A stretch of 64,000 bases of DNA from Gammaproteobacteria bacterium (GTDB lineage: Bacteria; Pseudomonadota; Gammaproteobacteria; Eutrophobiales; Eutrophobiaceae), in contig OZ220696.1 of NCBI GenBank assembly GCA_965116495.1, positions 3,968,001 to 4,032,000 on the forward strand. The letters are read 5' to 3'. Both the position numbers and the translations under genes were made by a program. The notes beneath the pieces are model-generated. The model saw nothing but the letters and a program-made list of their open reading frames with translations. It had not been told where the DNA came from and made no database searches. Shown here piece after piece: positions 20,666 to 31,039 of this stretch (position 1 is the first letter of the stretch; each line of letters starts with the position of its first letter).

Positions 20666-20787
20666 CGTCATTCCGGCGTAGGCCGGAATCCAGTCGATAA
20701 AATAATTCCTCGTAATGAAGGTTGGTTTGACTGGATTCCGGAGCCTGCCCCGGCATGCTTTAAGCCGGGGTCAGGCCCGGAATGACG
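20666..20787. repeat. RPE/dRS3-like composite palindromic element (GTCATTCC...GGAATCCA type)
   Basis: cgtcattccggcgtaggccggaatccagtc (20666-20695) inverted with gactggattccgg...ccggaatgacg (20729-20787), plus a nested ccccggc..gccgggg hairpin. Confidence 0.85.
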
Positions 20788-20809
20788 GTGTGAGCCGGAG
20801 GAGAATAAG

Positions 20810-21781
20810 GTGAGTAAGCCCAGAGTGATAGTAAGCCGTAAATGGCCGCAGGAAGTCGAAAGCAGGATGCAGGAGATCTTCGATGTGCAATTGAACGAAG
20901 AAGATATTCCAATGTCCGCCAACCAGATGCAGGCGGCATTGCAGACCGTTGATGCCTTTTGCCCTACCGTCTCGGATAAGGTCAGCGCAGAAGTCCTGTC
21001 TGTAGACAACCTGAAAGCCGGGATTATCGGCAGCTATGGCGTGGGGTTTAACCATATTGATCTCGATGCCGCCAGGACGCGCGGGCTGGTAGTAACCAAT
21101 ACCCCCGAGGTGTTGACCGACTGCACCGCGGACATCGCCATGACCTTGTTGCTGATGACGGCGCGCCGCGCCGGGGAAGGGGAGCGGCACGTGCGCAACA
21201 GGGAATGGAGCGGCTGGCGCCCGACCCACATGATGGGCACAAAGGTGACCGGCAAGACCCTGGGCTTAATCGGCATGGGCAGGATCGCCAGGGCCATGGC
21301 GCAGCGGGCGTATCACGGGTTCGGCATGAAGATCATCTTTACCGATCCGTATCCGCCGCCTGCTGAACTGGTCAGTGAGTTACAGGCAGAATCCCGCGCC
21401 TCGATAGAAGAGGTGCTGCAGGAAGCGGATTTTGTCTCCCTGCATTGTCCCGGAGGCAAAGAGACCTACCATTTAATCAACAGGGAACGTTTATCCATGA
21501 TGAAACCGGGGGCGTTTCTCGTTAACAGCGCCCGCGGCGATGTCATCGACCAGTCCGCCCTGGTTGAAGCGCTCGATAACGGCACCATCGCGGGGGCCGG
21601 CCTGGACGTTTACGAGGGAGAACCGGCAGTGCCCGCAGATCTGTTGACCCTGGATAACGTCGTGCTGTTTCCACACCTGGGCAGCGCTTCCACGGAAACC
21701 CGGGTCGCAATGGGCATGCGGGTGGTGGAGAACCTGCAGGCATTTTTCAACGGTGAGGCGCCACGCGACCGCGTCGTGTGA
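20810..21781 (+). CDS. D-glycerate dehydrogenase / hydroxypyruvate reductase (2-hydroxyacid dehydrogenase family)
   Basis: GLIGMGRI, NSARG, GLDVYEGEP, PHLGSA; lies within the serine-cycle operon. Confidence 0.85.
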   Translation: MSKPRVIVSRKWPQEVESRMQEIFDVQLNEEDIPMSANQMQAALQTVDAFCPTVSDKVSAEVLSVDNLKAGIIGSYGVGFNHIDLDAARTRGLVVTNTPEVLTDCTADIAMTLLLMTARRAGEGERHVRNREWSGWRPTHMMGTKVTGKTLGLIGMGRIARAMAQRAYHGFGMKIIFTDPYPPPAELVSELQAESRASIEEVLQEADFVSLHCPGGKETYHLINRERLSMMKPGAFLVNSARGDVIDQSALVEALDNGTIAGAGLDVYEGEPAVPADLLTLDNVVLFPHLGSASTETRVAMGMRVVENLQAFFNGEAPRDRVV

Positions 21782-24558
21782 AACCCGAGTCAAAATCCAC
21801 CTTTGATTTCCCCGAGCAGTCCTCGGTAGCGGGACTGGATTCGGCGGTTGCCAGTTATGCAGGCAACCTTATTGACCTGCTGGCGGAGTTGTTGCGCCAG
21901 GTCATCAGGCAAAGAAAACCGGAAATACTCCCGATTTTTGATGGAGAGCAGGTCCTGCCCAGGGATGACAACGAACTGTTGCTGGCCGGGTTACAGGCCT
22001 GGGGTATCTGGTTCCAACTGCTCAATATCGCCGAAGAAAACGCGGCAATGCGCCGGCGCCGCGTCACCGAGAGTCTGCAGGGACTGGAACATGTTTCCGG
22101 CACCTTCGACAACGTGATCGGACAGGCCTTTGAGCTGGGTTTGTCCCACCTGGAAGTCCAGGACCTGCTCAACCGCCTGAAAGTAATGCCCACCGTGACC
22201 GCGCACCCTACAGAGGCAAAACGCGTTACCGTCCTGCAGATACACCGCCGCATCTACGTGATCCTGTACCGGTTGGAAGCCACGCGCTGGACCCCGCGGG
22301 AACGGGAGGTGCTGGAACAACAACTCCGTAACGAAATCGACCTGCTCTGGTTGACCGGGGAATTGCGCCTGGAAAAGCCATCCGTCGTCCAGGAGGTTAA
22401 ATGGGGGCTGCATTTCTTTGAGCAGACCTTGTATGACCGCGTCCCTGAAACCCTGGAAAGACTTGACTGGGCCCTGGAAAAATATTATCCGGACGTGAAA
22501 TTTACCACCCCGCCGTTTTTCAGGTTCGGTTCGTGGATAGGCGGCGACCGGGACGGCAACCCGTTTGTCAACAACACCATTACCCGGGAAGCGCTGGTAT
22601 TGAACAGGCAAGCCGTCTTACGGCATTACCAGGGCCGCCTGAACAGCTTGTTCTCCCAGATCAGTGTTTCCATTCACGCGATCCGCCCGCCTGCCGGATT
22701 TGCAAAACACCTGGACAGGTTGCTGGATGAAAGCGGCCGCCGGAACAGCCTGGAAAAACGCAACCCGGGGGAGATCTTCCGCCAGTATGTTATCTGCCTA
22801 CGGGAAAAGATAAGGAATACCGAGAAGAAGAACACGCTGAGCGAGTTCAGCTACGCTGATGCCGACCAGTTTATCCGTGACCTGAGAATTCTTGAACAGG
22901 GACTGGAGGGCGCCGAGTGCGCGCACCTGGCGAGTTCCCGGGTAACCCCGCTGCTGCGCCAGGCCGAGGCGTTCCGGTTCTGCACGGCATGTCTTGATAT
23001 CAGGGAAAACTCCACGGTCATCACCCGCACCCTGCAGGACATATGGCGCTTGCGGCAGTGCCCCACTACCATTCCTGCGCAAGCAGGAATCCAGTCCCGG
23101 GAAGTATCGCCCCCCGCGCCGGATTCCGCCGTCTGGCTTGAATGGGTACAGGAGGAATTGTCCACGCCTGCCGATGAACTCCCGAATATCTCCCTTGCCG
23201 ACAGGCAATCGGCCATGACCTTCGGCCTGTTCCAGATGATTGCGGAAACCCGGCGCACCCTGGACCGGCAGGCAATCGGTGGTTTTATACTGAGCATGAC
23301 CCGGTCGGTGGCGGATGTATTAGGCGTGTACCTGCTGGCAAAGTATGCCGGCGTATTCTCCGACAGCCTGGCGGTGGAAAGTTCGCCGCTGCCGGTGATA
23401 CCGCTGTTTGAGACCATAGAAGACCTGCGCATGGCCCCCAGGATCATGCAAAAGGTGTTGCAGACACCGGTTGTCAGGCGCAGTGTCAGGGAACAGGGCG
23501 GGATACAGGAAGTCATGATCGGTTATTCGGATTCGAACAAGGACGGTGGTTTTTTAACCGCGAATTACGAATTGAGCCGGGCCCAGGCCGAACTGACCAG
23601 GACCGCGGAAAAGTGCAGGATCCCCATCGTCTTTTTTCACGGCCGCGGAGGGTCGGTCAGCCGCGGCGGCGGGCCTGCCGGGAGCATTATCGCGGCACAG
23701 CCGGCGGGTTCCGTAAACGGCAGACTGCGCATTACGGAACAGGGTGAAGTTGTCTCCACCAAGTACGCCAACCACGGTACCGCGCAGTACGAGATGGAAC
23801 TGCTTGCCGCCAGCGTCATGGAACATACCCTGAATTCCACGGCGGGGAAACAGTTCAAACCGGATCCCGAGTTCGAGCAGGCCATGGACGCGCTGTCCAA
23901 CCTGGCCTACACCGAGTACCGGCAGTTGGTGGAGGAAACCGGGCTGGTTGATTACTACCAGACGGCAAGCCCGGTGGGAGAACTGGGCAAGCTCAGGATC
24001 GGCTCACGGCCGGATCGCCGGTTCGGTGTCGGTTCGCTGGATGACCTGCGCGCCATTCCATGGGTATTCGCCTGGACCCAGAACCGCCACCACGTCCCGG
24101 CCTGGTACGGGCTGGGAAGCGCCGTTGAGAAGTTTATCAAGGTCAGGGGCAACGAGGGAAAGAAACTGCTGAAGAGAATGTATAAACGCTGGCCGTTGTT
24201 CAGTTTGGTAATCGATGAGGCGGAGAAATCCCTGGCCTTTGTGGACACCGACGTAATAGGCCAGTATGCCGGCCTGCTGGACCAGGAGATCATCAAGGAG
24301 ATAATCTCCGCGAAAATATTGCAGGAATATAAACTATCCATCGCGGGCGTGCTCATGATAACCGGCGAAAAAAAACTGGCGGAACAGTTCCCGCGCTTCA
24401 GCAGAAAACTGGAACGCCGCGGCGATATCCTCAAGCAGGTCGGGCTGGCCCAGGTCGAATTGGTCAAACGCTTTCGCGAACAGGGCAAACAGGCAGACCT
24501 GGTCGCGTTGCTGCTCTCCATCAACTGCGTCAGCGCCGGGTTGGGGTGGACCGGATAA
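21778..24558 (+). CDS. ppc: phosphoenolpyruvate carboxylase
   Basis: VTAHPTE, GSWIGGDRDGNP, MIGYSDSNKDGG, FHGRGGSVSRGG, LRAIPWVF, C-terminal GLGWTG. Confidence 0.95.
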   Translation: MKPESKSTFDFPEQSSVAGLDSAVASYAGNLIDLLAELLRQVIRQRKPEILPIFDGEQVLPRDDNELLLAGLQAWGIWFQLLNIAEENAAMRRRRVTESLQGLEHVSGTFDNVIGQAFELGLSHLEVQDLLNRLKVMPTVTAHPTEAKRVTVLQIHRRIYVILYRLEATRWTPREREVLEQQLRNEIDLLWLTGELRLEKPSVVQEVKWGLHFFEQTLYDRVPETLERLDWALEKYYPDVKFTTPPFFRFGSWIGGDRDGNPFVNNTITREALVLNRQAVLRHYQGRLNSLFSQISVSIHAIRPPAGFAKHLDRLLDESGRRNSLEKRNPGEIFRQYVICLREKIRNTEKKNTLSEFSYADADQFIRDLRILEQGLEGAECAHLASSRVTPLLRQAEAFRFCTACLDIRENSTVITRTLQDIWRLRQCPTTIPAQAGIQSREVSPPAPDSAVWLEWVQEELSTPADELPNISLADRQSAMTFGLFQMIAETRRTLDRQAIGGFILSMTRSVADVLGVYLLAKYAGVFSDSLAVESSPLPVIPLFETIEDLRMAPRIMQKVLQTPVVRRSVREQGGIQEVMIGYSDSNKDGGFLTANYELSRAQAELTRTAEKCRIPIVFFHGRGGSVSRGGGPAGSIIAAQPAGSVNGRLRITEQGEVVSTKYANHGTAQYEMELLAASVMEHTLNSTAGKQFKPDPEFEQAMDALSNLAYTEYRQLVEETGLVDYYQTASPVGELGKLRIGSRPDRRFGVGSLDDLRAIPWVFAWTQNRHHVPAWYGLGSAVEKFIKVRGNEGKKLLKRMYKRWPLFSLVIDEAEKSLAFVDTDVIGQYAGLLDQEIIKEIISAKILQEYKLSIAGVLMITGEKKLAEQFPRFSRKLERRGDILKQVGLAQVELVKRFREQGKQADLVALLLSINCVSAGLGWTG
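23068..23095. repeat. RPE-like palindrome half-element inserted in-frame within ppc
   Basis: accATTCCTGC-gcaa-GCAGGAATccagt encodes TIPAQAGIQ; same architecture as the intergenic element at 20666. Confidence 0.75.
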
Positions 24559-24630
24559 CGCGGGTTCATTCCGCATCAAAACCGGCATACTTTCCCCTGG
24601 CCGGGGAGGCGCCGGCCCAAGTCGTGAATT

Positions 24631-25377
24631 CTATGGATTACTGGACATGATCCGTTCCTTGATTTTTTCCAACGTAGAGGTGAGGTGCGTTTTCAGTGCG
24701 CCGGTAGCTTTATCTGCATTACGTTCCTGCAGCGCTGTGATAAATTCTTCATGTTCCAGAAATGATTCGTCAGAAACCGCCTCAAGCGCGCCTGACAGAT
24801 TTTGTAATCGGGTAATATGACGTTGCGTGGTTACATGGACTGAAATCAACGCGGCGTTACCGCTGGCTGCAACAAGGGCGCTATGTACGGCGTTGTTCAA
24901 TTCAAAATAAGCTGTGATATCGTGCCGATGATTGCATTGCCGCATTTGTTCGTGCAATTTACGGATTTCCTTGAGTTGTTGTTCACTTGCACGTTCACAG
25001 GCCAGGCCAATTGCCAGGGTCTCCAGGGCGATGATTAATTCGGCATTCTCTACAGCATCCGTCATGGTCGGACGGGTTACAACGGCGCCTTTACCGGGTA
25101 ATAGCTCCAATAGTCCTTCCTTGGCCATAATCTGAAACGTTTCCCGTAATGGAGAGCGGGAGACGCCATAGCGTTCGCACAGTATTCTCTCCTGCAGTCG
25201 TGAACCAGGCGCCCAGATACCCTCTACGATCTCATTTCTTAACCTGACCGTAACTTCTTCCTGCAGTGAGCGCCGGGGGATCATGTAAGGCGAGTCTGCT
25301 TGCGATGATTGTAAAGATGCGCCAATGTTACCGGACATGGCTGGATTATTGGTCTGTTCTTGCAATTTCATACCCAA
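24631..25377 (-). CDS. GntR (FCD/FadR subfamily) transcriptional regulator
   Basis: LQERILCERYGVSRSPLRET wHTH; N..VH...ASGN FCD domain. Confidence 0.92.
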   Translation of the reverse strand: MGMKLQEQTNNPAMSGNIGASLQSSQADSPYMIPRRSLQEEVTVRLRNEIVEGIWAPGSRLQERILCERYGVSRSPLRETFQIMAKEGLLELLPGKGAVVTRPTMTDAVENAELIIALETLAIGLACERASEQQLKEIRKLHEQMRQCNHRHDITAYFELNNAVHSALVAASGNAALISVHVTTQRHITRLQNLSGALEAVSDESFLEHEEFITALQERNADKATGALKTHLTSTLEKIKERIMSSNP

Positions 25378-25460
25378 AATTTTATTTCGTCAAAAACCCG
25401 GAGTCTATGTTATCTGGTAGAGACTCATATTCTACCGGGAGATGATAATTTGGTTGCAAT

Positions 25461-25490
25461 CAAAATACAATTATTGTATTTTGTATACAA
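25461..25490. promoter_or_regulatory. GntR operator(s) in the divergent promoter
   Basis: perfect 11-bp inverted repeat CAAAATACAAT-T-ATTGTATTTTG overlapping the palindrome TTGTATACAA (FadR/VanR-type GntR box). Confidence 0.75.
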
Positions 25491-25565
25491 TATATAAACG
25501 CATCAAACTACAACTACAGGCAACCGGCACAAACCTGCCTGTAAGCGCAACCCAGGGGGTGTCTC

Positions 25566-27824
25566 ATGAACCGTATCCGGATTTCTGTCTGTCTGGCGTC
25601 ACTGTTTTTCTTGTTTTCTTCCATTACCTTTCCTGTTATCGCGCAACAGGCAGAAGCTTCTCTTGAAGAGGTTGTCGTCACTGCGCAACGCCGCGCACAG
25701 GGCTTGCATGACGTGCCCATTGCCATCACTGCCCTGGGTGGGGCTTTCCTGGCGGAAAAGCAGGTTTTTGATACGGAATCCCTGTCCCAGTACACTCCCA
25801 GCCTGCATATCTTCGCCGAACAGACCGGCAGTGAGTTTTATACGATAAGAGGGATCGGACGGGCAAACGAGGACCTGGCCTCGGACTCCGGCGTTGCCGT
25901 TTTTATCGACGATGTCTATGTGCCCCGCCAGGGCGCGGCCAACCTTGCCCTGTTCGATGTCGAGCGGGTTGAAGTCCTGCGCGGGCCCCAGGGAACATTA
26001 TGGGGTAAAAATGCCGTTGGCGGCGCTATCAACATCATTACCCGCAAACCCGGAGATGAAATGTCCGGCTATGTCAGCGCGGACCTGGCCGAGCACAGTA
26101 CGGTGAACGTGCGCGGCGGAGTCAGCGCGCCGCTGGTAGAAGATACACTGTACGGGCGCCTTGCGTTTTCCACCAGGAACCGTGACGGTCTCTACCGGAA
26201 CCTGAACACCGATGAGGAAGCCAACGATACCGACGTGCAGGCTTTCCGCGGTTCCCTGCGCTTCACGCCGGGCGAGCGGACTACCATAGACTTTTCGGCT
26301 GACTGGGAAAAGGTCGAGCAGGACGGCGTGTTGAAGAGCATTATAGTGGATGTGCCCGGCACGCCGTATATATTGAAGGACTTTTTCAAGGCCACGTTTC
26401 CCACGCAGGAAGACAACGTGCGCACTTCGCGCGCCGGTACCCATGGTGAGCAGGGCGTTGAGCAATATGGTTTCAACCTCACCGCGCGCCATGCCTTCGA
26501 CAATGCGGATTTGACCCTTGTTTCAGGTCTGCGCTTTGAGGACAGTTATAACCTGGAAGACAATGATCGTGCCCCGGAGAAATCCGCGGAAGTATTTTCC
26601 GAGCAGGAAAGCTGGCACTTCAGCCAGGAGATCAGGCTATCTTCAAGCAACGACAGCAATATGGCATGGACCGCCGGGCTGTACTATTTCCACGATAACG
26701 GCGACCGCGACCAGATGCGCTTTTCCGATTTTTTCGGTCCCGGCGGCCTGGTAGGTCCGGGCTCGCCGGAGCTTCAGAACTCCACCACCACGTTCAAGCA
26801 ACACCTGATAACGGATGCATACGCGGTATTCGGCGAATTGACTTACCGGTTTGCCGAGCGCCTCAGCATTACCCTGGGCGGTCGCTACAGTTATGAGAAA
26901 AAAGACTACGATATCAATGCGTTCGCAGTAGCCAACCCCGGTTCGACATCTTCCTACTCCCTGTTCCAGCCCGGTGGGAATTACACCGCGGCCGATGCCA
27001 AGTCATGGGAGGATTTCTCCCCCAAGGCGGTTCTGTCCTATGAACTGGTCGATAACGTCAACACCTATTTTTCCTTTACCAAGGGTTTCAAGAGCGGCGG
27101 ATATAACGGTAGCCCGGATACCGCGGCCGATGTCATTCCGTTCCGGCCGGAAGAAGCCACCCAGTACGAAATCGGCCTCAAGGGACGTTTAATGGATGGG
27201 CGCCTGTCGGCAAACCTGGCAGGTTTCTTTATAGACTTCGAAGACCTGCAATTGCAGGGGTTTGATCCGGAAACAGGATCGCCTATTACCAACAACGCGG
27301 CACAGGCGGAGATCCTCGGCGCGGAGATCGAGTTTGACCTGCTGGTGAATAATTTATTGCTCAACTTCGGCGCGTCTTACCTGGACCATGAGTTCAAGGA
27401 GTTTGCCATTGAAGTATTTGACCCCACTATAGAAGGCGGCCCTCCTTTCCGCCTGGTCAACAAGGCCGGGGACAGGCTTGGAGCGATTCCCAAGTACAAT
27501 ATTCACGCCGGGGCAACCTACACTTGGCCGCTGAGCAGCGGCGCCTCGTTCTCGATATCCGGTGACGTGGTCGCAGTTGACGAGACAATAACCATATTTG
27601 ACACGCTCTGGTCGGATTCATACGAAGTGTTCAACGTGCGCGCGACATGGCGCTCGGCTTCCGGAAACTGGGACGTCTCGTTATGGGCGAAAAACGTGAC
27701 AGATAATGATTATTACCGGGGCGGCGGACCGGTGCCCGACATCGATGACAAGATATCCCGCCTCGGCCTGTTTGCCGACCCGCGTATCGTGGGCGGCACC
27801 ATTACCTGGCGTTTTAACGATTAA
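25566..27824 (+). CDS. TonB-dependent receptor
   Basis: signal peptide, LEEVVVTAQRR, RVEVLRGPQGTLWGKNAVGG, KGFKSGGYN. Confidence 0.95.
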   Translation: MNRIRISVCLASLFFLFSSITFPVIAQQAEASLEEVVVTAQRRAQGLHDVPIAITALGGAFLAEKQVFDTESLSQYTPSLHIFAEQTGSEFYTIRGIGRANEDLASDSGVAVFIDDVYVPRQGAANLALFDVERVEVLRGPQGTLWGKNAVGGAINIITRKPGDEMSGYVSADLAEHSTVNVRGGVSAPLVEDTLYGRLAFSTRNRDGLYRNLNTDEEANDTDVQAFRGSLRFTPGERTTIDFSADWEKVEQDGVLKSIIVDVPGTPYILKDFFKATFPTQEDNVRTSRAGTHGEQGVEQYGFNLTARHAFDNADLTLVSGLRFEDSYNLEDNDRAPEKSAEVFSEQESWHFSQEIRLSSSNDSNMAWTAGLYYFHDNGDRDQMRFSDFFGPGGLVGPGSPELQNSTTTFKQHLITDAYAVFGELTYRFAERLSITLGGRYSYEKKDYDINAFAVANPGSTSSYSLFQPGGNYTAADAKSWEDFSPKAVLSYELVDNVNTYFSFTKGFKSGGYNGSPDTAADVIPFRPEEATQYEIGLKGRLMDGRLSANLAGFFIDFEDLQLQGFDPETGSPITNNAAQAEILGAEIEFDLLVNNLLLNFGASYLDHEFKEFAIEVFDPTIEGGPPFRLVNKAGDRLGAIPKYNIHAGATYTWPLSSGASFSISGDVVAVDETITIFDTLWSDSYEVFNVRATWRSASGNWDVSLWAKNVTDNDYYRGGGPVPDIDDKISRLGLFADPRIVGGTITWRFND

Positions 27825-27883
27825 CACAGGTACTACATAACAACAACCGCCTCAACTGAAGGGGCGCTGAGGACACTGTTGCC

Positions 27884-29221
27884 ATGCAAGAGCAGGAAGT
27901 GAACGTTGTCGAAATAATGGACAACGCAAAACTACGGGCATTCCAGAAAGGCGTGATCGCCACCTGTTTTGCCCTGATTATGGTCGATGGTTTCGATACC
28001 CAGTCAATTGCCTTTGTTGCACCGGCGTTACGTCATGCCTGGGAGATATCACCCAATACATTCGGTTTATTGTTCAGTGCCGGGCTACTCGGCAGCATGC
28101 TCGGCGCCATGATATTAGGGCCCGTTGGCGATCGTCTTGGGCGCAAGCCGCTCATTCTGGCATCAACCCTCTTGTTCGGTATCATGTCATTGTTGAGCGC
28201 ATGGGCGTCCTCGGTAGAAATGCTGGCAATATACCGGTTTACAGGTGGTCTGGGACTGGGCGGATTACTGCCCAACGCCATTGCATTGGTGTCGGAATAT
28301 TCACCCAGGCGGGTACGTTCCACCACGATTGTCGCGACGTTTATAGGGTTCCCGCTGGGCGCCGTCATCGGCGGCATGAGCAGCGCCCATATTATTCCCG
28401 CATACGGGTGGGAAATGGTATTCATCATAGGCGGTGTCCTGCCATTGATCCTGCTGGTTATCGCCTGGTTCCAGCTTCCGGAATCGATCAAGTTTCTTGC
28501 GCTCAACAAAAAACAGCCGGAGCAGATTGCTTCTATCCTGGCCCGGATTGACCCGTCGCAGAGCGCCGTTGCTGTTGAGCGCTTGCGCCTGCCGCACAAC
28601 AAACCTGTACAACAACCAGTCAAGAAATTGTTCATGGATGGTCGGGCAATGTGGACCTTGTTCCTGTGGCTGTTGACTTTTTCGGCATTATTATTGACCT
28701 ATTTCCTCGTACACTGGATACCGCTGGTACTGGTGGATGCCGGGATCGCGCAGCAAAATGCCATCAAGGGGGTAGCGTTACTTAACCTGGGCGGCATTAT
28801 CGGTAGTATTATCATCAGTCGAATCAGTGATAAGCGCGGTCCTTACCTTGCCATGTCCGTTGCCATGGGAATAGCCATCGTATTCATTGCCGCAATCGGT
28901 ATCAGCACCCCGGCCGGAGCGGCGGTCGTACTGGCCATTATTTTTCTGGCAGGGTTTACCTTCGTGGGAGCACAGTTGAATATCAGCGCAATCGCCGCAA
29001 TCAACTATCCGGTTGAGATTCGCAGTGCAGGTAGTGGCTGGAGCATTGCAGCAGGGCGCGTCGGTTCCATTGTAGGACCCCTGGTTGGTGGAATCCTCGT
29101 CAGTGTTAACCTGGACATCGATAAAATCTTCTTTGTAGCCGCGGTTCCCGCAGCCGTAGCCTTGTTCGCCATTATCATGATGTCGAGAAAAGCATCTGAC
29201 TTTGTGACGGAAGAGCAGTAG
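27884..29221 (+). CDS. MFS transporter, aromatic acid:H+ symporter (PcaK/AAHS-like)
   Basis: DGFD in TM1, GDRLGRK, LPESIKFL, about 12 hydrophobic segments. Confidence 0.85.
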   Translation: MQEQEVNVVEIMDNAKLRAFQKGVIATCFALIMVDGFDTQSIAFVAPALRHAWEISPNTFGLLFSAGLLGSMLGAMILGPVGDRLGRKPLILASTLLFGIMSLLSAWASSVEMLAIYRFTGGLGLGGLLPNAIALVSEYSPRRVRSTTIVATFIGFPLGAVIGGMSSAHIIPAYGWEMVFIIGGVLPLILLVIAWFQLPESIKFLALNKKQPEQIASILARIDPSQSAVAVERLRLPHNKPVQQPVKKLFMDGRAMWTLFLWLLTFSALLLTYFLVHWIPLVLVDAGIAQQNAIKGVALLNLGGIIGSIIISRISDKRGPYLAMSVAMGIAIVFIAAIGISTPAGAAVVLAIIFLAGFTFVGAQLNISAIAAINYPVEIRSAGSGWSIAAGRVGSIVGPLVGGILVSVNLDIDKIFFVAAVPAAVALFAIIMMSRKASDFVTEEQ

Positions 29222-29239
29222 ATTGACTAATGTAGATCG

Positions 29240-31039
29240 TTGAGCGTAACCATAACCTTGCGCCTCAGAGTCGGACAAAGGAGTGAACAGCCGGCGGATA
29301 CCGGTATTACCAGAAAACAGAAGTGGTCCTCGTCTGCCATTATATTGACGCTGCTACTCTCGACCTGGTCTTTCTCGGCCGTTCCCCAATCAACCCGAGA
29401 CGCAGGTGGAAAGGCTCAGCCCGATGAACGGGAAGCGTCCCGGCCGAATATTCTGCTTATTGTCGCGGATGATCTGGGATATACCGATCTCGGCGTCTAC
29501 GGCAGCGAAATTGAAACGCCCAACCTTGATGAATTGGCCCGGGGCGGGCTAATATTTTCGCAGTTTTACAGTTCACCGATGTGTTCACCGACCCGGGCCA
29601 TGTTGCTGTCCGGTATGGATAATCACCGGGCCGGAGTAGGCAACCTTTACGCGAAGCTGGCAGATAATCAAAAGGGTCAAACCGGCTACCAGGGCCATCT
29701 CCGGAACCGTGTTGCCTCGTTGCCGGAATTACTGCAGGCTGGTGGTTATCACACTTACATCACCGGCAAGTGGCATCTCGGTGAGAGCGAAGAGCACAGC
29801 CCGGCTGCCAGGGGTTTTGAAAAATCCTGGGTACTGGCGGAATCCGGCGCGGGGCACTTCAGCAATATGCAATCACTGTCCGGACCGGGGCAGGCCATAT
29901 ACCGGGAAAACGGGAAGAAGCTCGGTAGTTTGCCGGCAGATTTTTATTCCACGCGCTTTTACGCCGACAAGATGATCGATTATATCGGGCAGGGTCTTGG
30001 TGACGGCAGACCATTTTTTGCCTACCTCGCTTTCACCGCGGTGCATTTTCCGTTACAGGCGCCGGGAGAATCCATTGAAAAATATTCCGGCAGATATGAT
30101 GAGGGATACAACGTTTTACACGCACAACGGTTTCAGCGCCTCAAGGAATTGGGCATTATACCTGCCGGTACCGAAGCATTTCCCCCGTTGCCCGCGGAAA
30201 AGGCCTGGGACCGGCTCACCGGACAGGAGCGCAGGGTATCTGCAAGAAGTATGGAGATCTATGCAGCAATGATCGATGACCTGGACAGGTATGTCGGGAA
30301 GGTGATGGATTACCTGAAAGACGCCGGTGAGTATGACAATACGCTCGTTTTTTTCATGTCCGACAATGGCGCGGAAGGCCATCGTCTTGATGATGGCTTG
30401 ATACCTTTACGGGAATGGTCACATCAATGTTGTGATAACAGTTATGGCAACCTGGGCAATGCTGACTCGTATGTCATGCTGGGACCGAATTGGGCGCGGG
30501 CTGCCACCGGCCCGTTTCGAATGTTCAAGGGGTTTACCACGGAAGGCGGTATCCGCGTGCCGGCGTTCATATATTATCCGGCTTACATCCAGGGGGGCGA
30601 AGTGCGTAAGGAAATCCTGACGGTGATGGATGTAATGCCGACACTGCTGGAAATTGCAAACATAAGGCATCCCGGTACGGAGTTTAACGGTCGCGAAGTG
30701 TTGCCCATGCAGGGTCGTTCGCTTGTGGGCCTGTTGAGCAGGGGGACGCTAGCAGCCGCTGACAAAGAATTTTCAATGGGCTGGGAGTTGCTGGGCAAAC
30801 GGGCTTATCGCAAAGGCGACTGGAAGATCGTCTGGCAACCGGACCAGGAAACATGGGAACCCTGGACGGATGGAATAAACACCGAACAGTGGCAGCTGTA
30901 TAACCTGGCGGACGACCTGGCGGAGATGCGGGATTTATCTGTGCAACACCCGCAAAAACGCCATGAATTAATTAGCCTGTGGAAGGACTACGTGCAGGAA
31001 AACAATGTGATCTTGCCGGATTGGATCAGTGGATATTAA
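29240..31039 (+). CDS. arylsulfatase (AtsA-like, formylglycine type); start uncertain
   Basis: [36 protein letters not shown]; hydrophobic signal-like stretch. Confidence 0.9.
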   Translation: MSVTITLRLRVGQRSEQPADTGITRKQKWSSSAIILTLLLSTWSFSAVPQSTRDAGGKAQPDEREASRPNILLIVADDLGYTDLGVYGSEIETPNLDELARGGLIFSQFYSSPMCSPTRAMLLSGMDNHRAGVGNLYAKLADNQKGQTGYQGHLRNRVASLPELLQAGGYHTYITGKWHLGESEEHSPAARGFEKSWVLAESGAGHFSNMQSLSGPGQAIYRENGKKLGSLPADFYSTRFYADKMIDYIGQGLGDGRPFFAYLAFTAVHFPLQAPGESIEKYSGRYDEGYNVLHAQRFQRLKELGIIPAGTEAFPPLPAEKAWDRLTGQERRVSARSMEIYAAMIDDLDRYVGKVMDYLKDAGEYDNTLVFFMSDNGAEGHRLDDGLIPLREWSHQCCDNSYGNLGNADSYVMLGPNWARAATGPFRMFKGFTTEGGIRVPAFIYYPAYIQGGEVRKEILTVMDVMPTLLEIANIRHPGTEFNGREVLPMQGRSLVGLLSRGTLAAADKEFSMGWELLGKRAYRKGDWKIVWQPDQETWEPWTDGINTEQWQLYNLADDLAEMRDLSVQHPQKRHELISLWKDYVQENNVILPDWISGY

